A stretch of DNA of 64,000 nucleotides, taken from NCBI GenBank assembly GCA_023269855.1, contig JAGDWP010000050.1, positions 8,503 to 72,502 on the forward strand. The letters are read 5' to 3'. This DNA comes from Nitrososphaerales archaeon. GTDB taxonomy: Archaea; Thermoproteota; Nitrososphaeria_A; Caldarchaeales; Wolframiiraptoraceae. Numbering within the stretch: position 1 is the first letter of the stretch; every line of letters starts with the position of its first letter. The notes beneath the pieces are model-generated. The model saw only the letters and a program-made list of their open reading frames with translations. It searched no databases and was not told the origin of the DNA. Positions 49,602 to 59,348 of this stretch are shown in pieces. A program made the position numbers and the translations under genes.

Positions 49602-50747
49602 TCATATATTGCTTAATGCGTTATCGATGTCTTCGATTAAGTCTTCAATGTCTTCTAATCCTACTGATAAACGTAATAAGTCTTCTGTTATACCTAATTT
49701 CTCTCTAACATCTCTAGGCATAGTTAATGCTGCACTGATAATTGGATATGTGAGTATCGATTCAGCACCTCCTAGACTTGGAGCAGGCTTGATTATCTTC
49801 AAGCTGTTCATCAACTTTCTTACTTCTTCTTCACCGCCTCTTATTCTGAAGCTTACTACTCCGCCGAAGCCTTTTTTGAATAGTTTTCGAGCTAGGTTAT
49901 GATATTTATTGTTAGGTAGACCAGGATATAGAACTTCTTTGATCTTTGGGTGGTCTTCAAGATATTCAGCAATGATTTGAGCATTCTTACAATGCTTCTC
50001 CATTCTCAGCTCAAAAGTCTTTAACCCTCTCATTATCAAGAATGCTTCAAAGGGTGGAAGGATTGTTCCAAGCATTCTTCTCCAATCCCATATCTGTAGT
50101 ATTTTTTCTCTTCTCGATATTACAGCTCCACCAACTACGTCATTATGTCCTGCTAGATATTTAGTTAAGCTGTGGATTATTATCTCTACTCCATCTCTGG
50201 ATGGTTTATATAGGTAGGGTGTAGCAAAAGTATTGTCTACAGCAAGTATTGTATTGTTCTCTTTACATACTTTCGATATTTCAGGGACGTCGAATACTCT
50301 TAAAGTTGGATTCGTCATAGTCTCAATCAAGACTAGTCTTGTGTTCTTATCTATAGATTCGATTATATTTTCTGTTTCAGGCCATGAGGTCTTGACTTCA
50401 ACTCCGAAATCTCTAAGCTTCTCTCCTAATTGAAGAGTAGTTCCATAAGATTCAGCTGATAAAACTATTTTATCACTTTTCTTAAGTGTTGAAAAGTATA
50501 TCGTGGAGATAGCTGCCATACCGCTGGAGAAACAGAGAGAGTCTTCACCATCCTCTAATTCTGCTAATATATTTTCTAATGCTTTTACTGTTGGGTTCTC
50601 CTCCCTACTGTACTTTAAATCAACCCCTCTATCGGTTTTCCGAGTCCATCCAGGCTGCTCAAAGATAGCTGTCTGATATATGGGCGGGATAAATACTCCT
50701 AAGACTTCATCTCTATATTTATGTCCATGAATAGATCTTGTCTGCAG
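49602..50747 (-). CDS. Cys/Met-metabolism PLP enzyme (cystathionine gamma-synthase/gamma-lyase family); homology-supported extent, ORF-track Met is internal
   Basis: PLP Lys motif 'SLTKYLAGHNDVVGG'; in-frame upstream translation '…SIHGHKYRDEVLGVFIPPIYQTAIFEQP…' matches family N-terminus, but no ATG/GTG/TTG between stop 50754-56 and 50519. Confidence 0.75.
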   Translation of the reverse strand: MQTRSIHGHKYRDEVLGVFIPPIYQTAIFEQPGWTRKTDRGVDLKYSREENPTVKALENILAELEDGEDSLCFSSGMAAISTIYFSTLKKSDKIVLSAESYGTTLQLGEKLRDFGVEVKTSWPETENIIESIDKNTRLVLIETMTNPTLRVFDVPEISKVCKENNTILAVDNTFATPYLYKPSRDGVEIIIHSLTKYLAGHNDVVGGAVISRREKILQIWDWRRMLGTILPPFEAFLIMRGLKTFELRMEKHCKNAQIIAEYLEDHPKIKEVLYPGLPNNKYHNLARKLFKKGFGGVVSFRIRGGEEEVRKLMNSLKIIKPAPSLGGAESILTYPIISAALTMPRDVREKLGITEDLLRLSVGLEDIEDLIEDIDNALSNI

Positions 50748-50889
50748 GGCTGATTAAGTATCTATCTAGCCAGGATATATATTTTTCCCTGTCATCCTCA
50801 GATTCTCCAAAGAGACATAACGATTATGAGCGAAAAGAAACAGAATTTTCAATTGTAATTGTAAGCGAATAACTCTGCTAGTGGTTATT

Positions 50890-52128
50890 TCATGCTTTTG
50901 TAGCTGTAGCTATTTCATTCAACGCTGTTGTTAAGTAGTCTATTTCTTCTTTATTATTGTATAGGTAAAGGCTTGCTCTAACCGTTCCTTCAATGTTCAA
51001 TCGTTGATGGAGTGGGTGAGCACAATGTTTACCCGTTCTTACAGCTACACCATAACCGTCTAGTAAACTACCAACTATATTCGAGTCCAGCTCTTTAATA
51101 TTGAATGCAATTATTCCACCACGATCCGATATGTTGTTTGGACCGTAAATAGTTATGGCGTCTCCTAATTCAGATAATCTCTTTAGAGTGTAGTCGGTTA
51201 GTTCTTCTTCATATTTTCTTACGTTATCCATTCCTATTCTCTCTAAATAGTCTACTGCTGCACCAAGCCCTAATACTCCAGCTATATGGGGTGTTCCTGC
51301 TTCGAAGCGGTGTGGTGGATCCAGGAGAACAAAATCTCTTAAAGTTACTTCTCTGATGGCTCCTCCACCAAGCCTGAATGGAGATAATTCTCCTAGAAAG
51401 TCTCTTTTAACCCACAGTATTCCTACACCTGTAGGCCCAAGCATCTTGTGTCCACTGAATGCGAGGAAGTCGATTTCCAATTCTCTAACATTTACAGGCA
51501 TGTGTGGTACTGATTGTGCTCCATCCACTATTATGACTCCGCCTACTTCATGTATTCTCCTCGCAATATTCCTAACGTCAACTATTGTTCCGAGAACGTT
51601 AGACATATGAGTGACTGAAACTATCTTAGTTTTCTCACTTATTTTTTCATCTAGCTCATTACGATTAATTAATCCATCGTTTGTGATGTCTATATAGTTT
51701 ATTTTAGCTCCCGTCATAGAGGACATCATCATCCATGGGAGAATATTGCTATGATGCTCCATGACTGTTAAGAGAATTTCATCTCCAGGCTTCAGTATTC
51801 TTAGAGCATAACTGTATGCCAGCATATTGAGGGAATCGGTGGTTCCATATGTGAAGATTATCTCTTCAGGACTATATGCATTTATGAATTTTGCAACCTT
51901 TTCTCTAACATCCTCATATCTTGAGGTAGCTTGTTGACTAAGAAGATGGACTCCACGATGAACATTGCTATACTCGTTTAGATAAAATTCTCTTATCGTT
52001 TCTATAACTTGGATAGGTTTAAGAGATGAAGCAGCACTATCAAGATAGATTAAACGTCCGCCTCTTATCTTCTTCTTCAAGATAGGGAAATCCTCACGTA
52101 TCTCTTCAACTTTAAGGGACGGCATCAT
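50890..52128 (-). CDS. sufS: cysteine desulfurase, SufS/CsdA type
   Basis: PLP Lys 'SGHKMLGPTGVGIL', C-terminal catalytic 'RTGKHCAHPL'. Confidence 0.85.
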   Translation of the reverse strand: MMPSLKVEEIREDFPILKKKIRGGRLIYLDSAASSLKPIQVIETIREFYLNEYSNVHRGVHLLSQQATSRYEDVREKVAKFINAYSPEEIIFTYGTTDSLNMLAYSYALRILKPGDEILLTVMEHHSNILPWMMMSSMTGAKINYIDITNDGLINRNELDEKISEKTKIVSVTHMSNVLGTIVDVRNIARRIHEVGGVIIVDGAQSVPHMPVNVRELEIDFLAFSGHKMLGPTGVGILWVKRDFLGELSPFRLGGGAIREVTLRDFVLLDPPHRFEAGTPHIAGVLGLGAAVDYLERIGMDNVRKYEEELTDYTLKRLSELGDAITIYGPNNISDRGGIIAFNIKELDSNIVGSLLDGYGVAVRTGKHCAHPLHQRLNIEGTVRASLYLYNNKEEIDYLTTALNEIATATKA

Positions 52129-52295
52129 CCTTGAGAAGCATAATCGGAAATATAAGAGCTTCTCAACAACTATCCTTCTTGTATCACTTCTGAAGATTCA
52201 AGCACTAAAACAGGTAACTATGATATTATAGATTCCGCTATGAATAACCTGCAAGTTGCTCCAGATTATTTGAAGAAGTATTCAGGGTTGAGGGG

Positions 52296-52535
52296 CTACT
52301 TAGAGTAGATGACGGTTACTTTTGTCCCGTTTTTCTCAACTATTTCAAACTTTAAGTTCCTCTTGTTTGCAAGCATCTCCAAAACTTTCAAGGGTACTTC
52401 TCTTTCATCCGATGTTACTCTCAACACTGCTTTTCCTTCTTCTACTCTTGCTAGTAACTGTGTTAATCTTATCACAGGATTTTCTGTACATCCAGGCTTT
52501 CTCTCTCTAAGATCTACAGAGTATTCATCCATCAT
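52296..52535 (-). CDS. TusA/SirA-like sulfur carrier (variant CxxxP motif)
   Basis: 'VDLRERKPGCTENPVIRL…AVLRVTSDE' follows TusA architecture with GCTENP in place of CPxP; 4-nt overlap with iscU. Confidence 0.5.
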   Translation of the reverse strand: MMDEYSVDLRERKPGCTENPVIRLTQLLARVEEGKAVLRVTSDEREVPLKVLEMLANKRNLKFEIVEKNGTKVTVIYSK

Positions 52536-53029
52536 GGTACCGTTCCGTATTTCCGATATAATCTCTCAATTAACTCTTCTTCCTCTAATGCTTGCCTTTC
52601 TTCTTTACTCAAATCCCTTGGAAGCCATTCAGGATGTTCTTTCCTGACTTCTTCAAAGTATCTTCTAATCGCTCTTTTCAATCCTCCAACAGCTAGGATA
52701 CTGCAATGATATTTTATAGATGGTAGTCCGCCAAGCTCATTTGTTACATCTTCCCAAGTTATATCCCATGCTTCTTTCAGAGTCTTGTTCTTCACCATCT
52801 CAGTAATGATACTTGCAGCGGCAATATTCGCTGCACATCCATAACTCTCAAACGATGCATCAATTATTTTATCTCCATTGATCTTTAGATATATTGTGAT
52901 TACGTCACCGCATGCAGGGCTTCCAGCTTGAGATGAAACGGATGCATCTTCCATTCTACCTAGATTCTTAGGATTCCTGAAGAGCTCAAGGATTTTAGGA
53001 GTATATATTAAGGGGGTTCTCGTGCTCAT
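52532..53029 (-). CDS. iscU: IscU/NifU-like Fe-S scaffold with C-terminal extension
   Basis: 'GSPACGDVI', 'ESYGCAAN', 'KYHCSILA' three-Cys scaffold motifs. Confidence 0.8.
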   Translation of the reverse strand: MSTRTPLIYTPKILELFRNPKNLGRMEDASVSSQAGSPACGDVITIYLKINGDKIIDASFESYGCAANIAAASIITEMVKNKTLKEAWDITWEDVTNELGGLPSIKYHCSILAVGGLKRAIRRYFEEVRKEHPEWLPRDLSKEERQALEEEELIERLYRKYGTVP

Positions 53030-54318
53030 GCTTCCACCGTCTTCTTCAAAGCTATCCTACTTTCTCTAGCTAATGGGCTCATTATTCTAAGCTTCTCAAT
53101 CGCTGGTGGAATTTGTGATAAAACGTATTCTATGTCTTCTTCAGTTTGATACCTTGACACCTTGAACAGGATACTTCCATGGGCTTCTTCATGTTTTCTT
53201 CCAATAGCTAATATTACATGGCTTGGTTCTAAGACCCTGCTCGTGCAGGCGCTCCCACTTGAAACGTAGATTCCTCTCAAGCTTAACTCTACAGTGATTG
53301 ATTCTCCTTCAACATAGAGAAAGCTAACATTCAAATTATCTGGAGCCCTCTTTTCCCCCATAGGACCATTCAATAATACATCCGGGACATTTTCCAGAAT
53401 TCCATGCATTAATCTATCTCTAAGCTTCTTCATTTTCTCAATGTTATAGTCAAAGTTGCTGAAGGCTAATTCTACAGCTTTTTTAAAGCCTGCTAATGCA
53501 GGAGTATTCTCTACACCTGGCCACATTCTCTGCGTGCTTAAAGCTCCATGCATTACAGGTTTAAGCTTGACATCTTCTCGAGCATACAGTATTCCGATAC
53601 CTTTTGGACCATGAATCTTATGGCTACTCAATGTTAACAAGTCTACTCCAAGTTCTTCAACATCTATCTTCATTCTACCGTAAGCATCTACTGCATCAGT
53701 ATGGAAGATTATTTTATCGTTTTTGTCTTTAACTGTTTCTACAAGAGTTTTTATGTCTTGAATTGTCCCAATTTCATGATTTACCATCTGTATGCTTACC
53801 ATCAACGTCTCATGGTCGATTAGCATGCTTAACAAGTCTGGGTCTACGAATCCTTCCTTATCTACTGGTACTGTTACAACTCTGTAGCCATGTTCTTCCA
53901 GAGATCTTGCTGGGAATAGGACGCTTACATGCTCTATAGCCGAAGTTATAATCTTGTTTCTTTCTTTACCTCTAGCTAGTGCTCCCCCTATGATAGCTAG
54001 ATTATTTGCTTCAGTCCCACTATGGGTTAAGATTAATTCACCACCTCTGGCATTAATAGTCTTTGATACTTCTTCCAGCGTTGATTCCACGACTTCATAT
54101 GCTTCCCATCCAGGCAAGTTTGTTATCGATGGGTGCCCATATCCTTTCTGGTTAAAATATGGAAGCATCGCTTCTACAACTTCTGGAGGAACCCATCCTG
54201 AATTCTCATGATCGAGGTATACTTCTCTAACTGGTTTACCATGATATTTTATGAATTCTGATACTTTAGGCATGTTCTTCAATAACGTAGTTATATTAGC
54301 CTCATATAAACATATCAA
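53026..54318 (-). CDS. iscS: cysteine desulfurase, IscS/NifS type
   Basis: 'SSHKIHGPKGIGILY' PLP Lys, 'SSGSACTS' catalytic Cys loop. Confidence 0.85.
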   Translation of the reverse strand: MICLYEANITTLLKNMPKVSEFIKYHGKPVREVYLDHENSGWVPPEVVEAMLPYFNQKGYGHPSITNLPGWEAYEVVESTLEEVSKTINARGGELILTHSGTEANNLAIIGGALARGKERNKIITSAIEHVSVLFPARSLEEHGYRVVTVPVDKEGFVDPDLLSMLIDHETLMVSIQMVNHEIGTIQDIKTLVETVKDKNDKIIFHTDAVDAYGRMKIDVEELGVDLLTLSSHKIHGPKGIGILYAREDVKLKPVMHGALSTQRMWPGVENTPALAGFKKAVELAFSNFDYNIEKMKKLRDRLMHGILENVPDVLLNGPMGEKRAPDNLNVSFLYVEGESITVELSLRGIYVSSGSACTSRVLEPSHVILAIGRKHEEAHGSILFKVSRYQTEEDIEYVLSQIPPAIEKLRIMSPLARESRIALKKTVEA

Positions 54319-54415
54319 CTTAACTTATTTTTGATGATGTATCGGTGCTGTCAAATAGTTTTGAATTATTAAGCATTTATCGGCGAGCTCAGTTTCTAGA
54401 ATAACTTCCTAGTTA

Positions 54416-55132
54416 TTAATCCTCCATTAATTCTATTTCCTGGATAAAGTCTCCATGCCATGAGTGGTACCAGACATCTCCTGAAAATCCATTAACACTC
54501 AGCATTCCATGAACTACACCATCGAGCTTGTAATCCAGCGTATAGTATCCATAGAAAATTGTTGGTTTTTCAACATCTATTTCTCGACCTGGAAAGACCT
54601 GTGAGAGATATTTGTATGCGATTTTAACTGCTTCTTCACTTGAAACAGGCATCTCATAAGGATAAGCAAAAGTCCATTGACCCATCATACCCTGCATTCT
54701 ATTATGCATCCCATATTTTAGATTCCACATCATATTCGGACCAGGCTCAGGGCTTATCACACCAGTATATGGATCGATGATTAATTCGAAAGCACCCCAC
54801 CCAGTCTCATCTTCAGCTGCGATTGCATAGAAGTTGTTGCTAAACTCCATTATTTCAATTATGGATAATCCTCTCCATCTAGAGATATAAGCCTCTAACT
54901 TTTCTCGTACATCATAAATGCTTAATCTTTCCTGAGTGTTTTGAGAGTATCCCCTAGGTTGATACAGTCCATAATGCATAGGGCATCCCTGCCACCAATT
55001 CATCATACCATATGGAGGGTTAGATGTCTGAGCAGCCACTGTATTTATCCATAAGACAATACTTACTGAAATAATTAGTAGTGAGATCAGAACGATTCCT
55101 ATTATGAGAAATCTTCTATTAGGATTGCTCAT
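54416..55132 (-). CDS. membrane-anchored hypothetical protein (N-terminal TM, extracytoplasmic domain)
   Basis: Single N-terminal TM helix; Met/Trp/Tyr-rich domain; adjacent to YHS genes. Confidence 0.4.
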   Translation of the reverse strand: MSNPNRRFLIIGIVLISLLIISVSIVLWINTVAAQTSNPPYGMMNWWQGCPMHYGLYQPRGYSQNTQERLSIYDVREKLEAYISRWRGLSIIEIMEFSNNFYAIAAEDETGWGAFELIIDPYTGVISPEPGPNMMWNLKYGMHNRMQGMMGQWTFAYPYEMPVSSEEAVKIAYKYLSQVFPGREIDVEKPTIFYGYYTLDYKLDGVVHGMLSVNGFSGDVWYHSWHGDFIQEIELMED

Positions 55133-55141
55133 GCTCTCACC

Positions 55142-55345
55142 TTAGCAACAATGTGAGTGAGATGAATGCCTATGCTTCTCTTCAGCAGCTTCTTTTTCAA
55201 CGTATTTTTCAGGGTTTCTTTCAAACTCTCTTCTACAATCCTCTGAGCAGAAGTAGTATGTAGTTCCCTCATATATAATTGAGAGTGAATTCTTCTCGAC
55301 AGCCATTTTACAAACAGGATCTGTAAATTTCTTCTTCCCAAACAC
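55142..55345 (-). CDS. YHS/TRASH-domain metal-binding protein
   Basis: 'DPVCKMAV…YYFCSEDCRREFERNPEKY' YHS motif; His/Cys-rich tail HRHSSHSHCC. Confidence 0.7.
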   Translation of the reverse strand: MFGKKKFTDPVCKMAVEKNSLSIIYEGTTYYFCSEDCRREFERNPEKYVEKEAAEEKHRHSSHSHCC

Positions 55346-55519
55346 TTCTAATCAAGTAGTATATCGTTAGGCATCTATTTTTGGAGAACGTATTTTTCAT
55401 CACTAAATGTAGCGTTTTGTAATCTCATCAATATTCCTGAAAGAAAAAGTATATTACATATTCGTTAAAGATTAGTTTTTATTTAAGGATCTTACTTTTA
55501 AAGCTATATCATTTAGAGG

Positions 55520-56053
55520 TTATGGACCTTCTTTTATCTCGATTACTACTGCGTGGTCGCTTAGGGAAAAGTATGCATTTATTCCTATTCTTTCGAAGAT
55601 CGGTTGGATGAAGTGGGCGATGAATAGGGAGCCTTTACCGCCCAGAGTATGCATGAGAGTTATTACTTTCTTTTCATCTTTGTCTACTTCATTGTATTCA
55701 AAGAGGTTAGCATAGATGGATAGACTCCGCAAGTATTCAAGTACGGTTTCAAGGTTTAGTGTTCCATGTTTAGCTAATATGAATGGTTCTGAGACTTCTT
55801 TCCCCGCATTATAGCTAGCTCGTATAACCGCTTCATCAGGTATAGCTTCTAGTATATATCGTAATGCGAGACTAGACAATCGGATGAAATTAAACTTCTT
55901 AGCATATTTATCAAAGTTTGTATATGATAAAATTATCTGATTTACAAGAGTATTCACACTAATATTCTGTGTTTGAGCTTCTTCCTGTAATGCTTTTAGA
56001 GATAGCTCGCTTATCCTAAAAGACCGTGTAACAGTTCTGTCAGATCTTATCAA
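55520..56053 (-). CDS. putative transcriptional regulator (RHH/HTH-like N-terminus plus ligand-binding domain)
   Basis: N-terminal 'RSFRISELSLKALQEEAQTQNISVNTLVNQIIL' DNA-binding-like segment; flanked by two YHS genes. Confidence 0.35.
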   Translation of the reverse strand: MIRSDRTVTRSFRISELSLKALQEEAQTQNISVNTLVNQIILSYTNFDKYAKKFNFIRLSSLALRYILEAIPDEAVIRASYNAGKEVSEPFILAKHGTLNLETVLEYLRSLSIYANLFEYNEVDKDEKKVITLMHTLGGKGSLFIAHFIQPIFERIGINAYFSLSDHAVVIEIKEGP

Positions 56054-56148
56054 GACTGTGGATAAATCTTTCGCAGGGATATAAAAATATTAATGTAGGA
56101 GAGAAAAGGTTAAGAAACTCGTCTTATCAATAAACTCTGGTGTAGCAA

Positions 56149-56295
56149 ATGGCTATAGATCCTGTTTGTGGAATGAATGTTGATGAGAAGAAGGCAAAGT
56201 ATGTTTCAGAATACAAAGCTAGGAGATACTATTTCTGTTCATCAACATGCAAAAATTTGTTCGATAAAGATCCTCAGAAATACGTAAAATCATAG
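56149..56295 (+). CDS. small YHS-domain protein (48 aa), unlisted in ORF track
   Basis: MAIDPVCGMNVDEKKAKYVSEYKARRYYFCSSTCKNLFDKDPQKYVKS: canonical DPVCGM…YYFCS…C YHS motif. Confidence 0.6.
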   Translation: MAIDPVCGMNVDEKKAKYVSEYKARRYYFCSSTCKNLFDKDPQKYVKS

Positions 56296-56310
56296 TTGAA
56301 TCAATCTAGT

Positions 56311-56562
56311 CTACTTTCGTATGGTTATTTTCCATAATGCTTCTTCTAAACGCTCAAGGGTGAGTACTTGACATCCTTTTCTGATAGCTGCCTCCTTTAT
56401 CGTTTCACATGATGGTTGATTATCAAATAGTACTTCTAATACTTCTCCTTCCTTAATCTTATCTAATGCTTTAACAGTATATAACACTGGGTATGGACAG
56501 GGAAGCCCTATTATCTTTAGGATATATCTACCTGATTCAAGCTGAACCAATTCTACTACCAT
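56311..56562 (-). CDS. tusA: TusA-like sulfurtransferase
   Basis: 'GLPCPYPVL' CPxP motif; overlaps 3' end of sulfite reductase-like gene by 26 nt. Confidence 0.75.
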   Translation of the reverse strand: MVVELVQLESGRYILKIIGLPCPYPVLYTVKALDKIKEGEVLEVLFDNQPSCETIKEAAIRKGCQVLTLERLEEALWKITIRK

Positions 56563-58027
56563 AATTGTATCCTCTCCTCATCAATTCATCAGCAAATTCA
56601 TTAAAGTTTTCATAACTACTTTCAATAAATAATCTGAGTATATCTTCTACTACCAAGGATACATGCTCAGACGGGATATTCTTCACTAATAATTTCGCAA
56701 GCTTTGAATTACTTCCACGTACGTATAAGTTGTAGCATGTAATAGTCTTTTCATTCTCTCTAATTATAGTCGATTGTAGACCAATGTCGGAGACGATGTG
56801 CTGAGCACAACTGTTCGGGCATCCACTAATAGATATAGTTATGTCCAGTTTACTTATCTGATCTTTTAATTCATCTTCTAAGTTCTTTAGTAGAGTGACC
56901 GCTCTCATCTTACTACTCTCACTAGTTTTACCGCAGAAATCGCTTGGACAAGCTCTCACTCTATATTTAATTAACGGTTGACCAGGGTCTAACCCTATCT
57001 CCTTCAGTTCTTCTTTAACTCTATCAAGTTCTTCTCTTGGAATGTGGGGAATTATTATTTTCTGTGAAGGAGACACCCTAATCTCAGAACTATATCTTTC
57101 AGATATGTTGATTATCTCTTTAAACTGGTGAACATTTAATAGCCCTGTAAAAGTAGGAACGGTCAAGGAGTATAACCCTTGAATATTTTCAGGCACTATT
57201 ATATCATGCTCTCTCCAAACAATGGATAGGTAGCTAGCGTCAAATATTGGAAAAGGTTTACCTATACGTTCCTCTATCATATCTTTTATCTTTTCAACAC
57301 CTAATTCTTTTACAAGCCATTTGAACCTTGACATGCTCTTTCTTTCTCTGAACCCATGTTCGTTATAGATTTCTACAACGGTTTTAATAAATTCGAGAGA
57401 TTCTCGTAGTGGAATAAAGATGTTCAGTGGTTGTGCTATGAATGGTGGGTAACCTATGCTTCCACCTATAAACGGTGTGAAACCTAACCCATGATCTGTC
57501 TTTACAGCGATTAATGCTAGATCGTTTACTTCAGGTTTAATGCAATGGATTGGGCATGCTGAAATCCCTATCTTAAATTTTCTCGGTAGGTTAAGGTATT
57601 CTTTCTTTCCAGTAAAAAATCTGACTACATCTCTAACTATTGTATATGTTTCGAATAATTCACCATTCTGGATCCCTGTAAATGGGCATGTTGTTATATT
57701 TCTGATATCACCGTACCCTGCCTTCGGATAATGTTGACCACACATATCTGTGTATAATCCAGCTTCTTCAAGCTTGCTAAAAACTTCGATAGAGTCTTCA
57801 TCCCTAATCCAATGAAGCTGTATATTATGTCTAGTGGTAACTTCAAGATATCCTCTACCATATTTTTCTGATAATTCAGCAATTGTCCTCGCTTGGTCTA
57901 TTGTTAAGATCCCTCCTACAACCTTTATGCGGAGGAAGTGTTTAGAGCCATTTCCAGATTCAGAGCCTAAAGCGTATCTTCCAAGAAATCTATCTAGTTC
58001 ACTTACCTGGATCTGTAGGTTTGCCAC
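56537..58027 (-). CDS. ferredoxin-type sulfite/nitrite reductase hemoprotein (siroheme-[4Fe-4S])
   Basis: 'TTCPFTG…GISACPIHC' and 'ISGCPNSCAQH' siroheme/4Fe-4S cysteine clusters; two NIR_SIR repeats. Confidence 0.75.
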   Translation of the reverse strand: MANLQIQVSELDRFLGRYALGSESGNGSKHFLRIKVVGGILTIDQARTIAELSEKYGRGYLEVTTRHNIQLHWIRDEDSIEVFSKLEEAGLYTDMCGQHYPKAGYGDIRNITTCPFTGIQNGELFETYTIVRDVVRFFTGKKEYLNLPRKFKIGISACPIHCIKPEVNDLALIAVKTDHGLGFTPFIGGSIGYPPFIAQPLNIFIPLRESLEFIKTVVEIYNEHGFRERKSMSRFKWLVKELGVEKIKDMIEERIGKPFPIFDASYLSIVWREHDIIVPENIQGLYSLTVPTFTGLLNVHQFKEIINISERYSSEIRVSPSQKIIIPHIPREELDRVKEELKEIGLDPGQPLIKYRVRACPSDFCGKTSESSKMRAVTLLKNLEDELKDQISKLDITISISGCPNSCAQHIVSDIGLQSTIIRENEKTITCYNLYVRGSNSKLAKLLVKNIPSEHVSLVVEDILRLFIESSYENFNEFADELMRRGYNYGSRIGSA

Positions 58028-58084
58028 CCCGGTTGTTTGTATTCATAACACCGTTATATAAATATATTCGTCCTACGCAATAAA

Positions 58085-59269
58085 TTGGAAAAAGTGAACA
58101 ATAATTATGGTGAATTGGAAACTAATAACTTGATGATCTCAAGACCGCTCATCGAAGACATTATAGAATGCTTAAGGAGGGACTACCTAAAACCTATGAA
58201 AAATAAGGTTATAAAACTTAATGATGTCTCAATCATCGTTAAACTCGAGTATCCTGAAGACTTCTTGACTGATCCTTTGAGAACTATAAAGCGGAAACCT
58301 GCTAGCCTACTCTTTGAGGATGTATTTAGTAAAGGGTTGCTTAAACAAGGAAGAACAATTATCACTGCTTCTTCAGGTAATTTTTTGAGAGAGCTAGCTC
58401 TAATAGCTCTCAACCGTGGATTTAAGATTATAGGTGTTACACCTCCGAGGATTCCATATGAAAGCTTAAAGATCTTAACATCACTTGGAGTCAACATACT
58501 CCATATTAGTGAAGAATATGATCTGTGTCCAAGAGAGACGACAGTTTTCTATACTAGAAGCTTAGCTGAGAGGTATAGATTCAATCTTGTAAACATAGAC
58601 CAGTATAATAGCTGGCAAAATGTTATGGCCCATTTGTACATGACATGGAATGAAATAAAAGACCTCGGAGAAATAGATTATGCCTGCATACCTCTAGGAA
58701 GTACTGGAACATTCATGGGAATTACTACTGGGTCTAATCTCGAAAAATGGGATATGAAAATTATAGGAGTCCAGCCAACAAAATATCATCATATTCCAGG
58801 CGTCCATCACATAGTTGGAGATTGCGAATGGAGTCCGGAAATATTCACTCCTCTAATCAGTAGAGAAATAGTAACAGTCGACGACGTCGATGCGTATGCT
58901 GGCTTAATAATGTTATGGAAGAACGGTATACCTGCAGGTCCATCAACAGGAATGACCTTCATCCAAGCAGTTAAGCTTGCTGAAAAAGTTAAAGAAGGCA
59001 GGATCCTAACCATATCCGCGGACAGCATCTTTGCTTACAGAGATTATGTACTAGAATACGTAAAGGAGATAAAAGAACAGATAATTGATAGATATCCTGA
59101 ACTAGCTGAAGAATACGTAAGATATGTTGAATGGTTAAAGAAGCTTCCAGGCCTCGATCAAAGAATGGAATTGATTAAGAAATTATATAGGGTGGCGGAT
59201 GAAGCCGGTAGAGTTTACAGATTTGATAATGAAGAAGATTTGCTGAAAGAGATAAAGATATCAACTTAA
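58085..59269 (+). CDS. PLP-dependent Trp-synthase-beta-fold enzyme, CysK/CysM-like, divergent, with ~110-aa C-terminal extension
   Basis: 'IITASSGNFLRELALIALNRGFKIIGVTP' (TSGN loop) and glycine-rich 'GSTGTFMG'; putative PLP Lys in 'TIKRK'. Confidence 0.5.
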   Translation: MEKVNNNYGELETNNLMISRPLIEDIIECLRRDYLKPMKNKVIKLNDVSIIVKLEYPEDFLTDPLRTIKRKPASLLFEDVFSKGLLKQGRTIITASSGNFLRELALIALNRGFKIIGVTPPRIPYESLKILTSLGVNILHISEEYDLCPRETTVFYTRSLAERYRFNLVNIDQYNSWQNVMAHLYMTWNEIKDLGEIDYACIPLGSTGTFMGITTGSNLEKWDMKIIGVQPTKYHHIPGVHHIVGDCEWSPEIFTPLISREIVTVDDVDAYAGLIMLWKNGIPAGPSTGMTFIQAVKLAEKVKEGRILTISADSIFAYRDYVLEYVKEIKEQIIDRYPELAEEYVRYVEWLKKLPGLDQRMELIKKLYRVADEAGRVYRFDNEEDLLKEIKIST

Positions 59270-59348
59270 AAATGTGGAGGAGGGAAAAAGTTATAAGCAA
59301 GAAAAATTTGATGAATGACCTAGGAGGTTAGGAGAACTATCAGAGAAA

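Noticed and set aside
55129-55341. Alternative-frame 70-aa ORF overlapping the YHS gene
   Set aside because: Same locus as 55142-55345. Only the latter frame yields the YHS motif, and the other is Lys/Leu-rich with no features.
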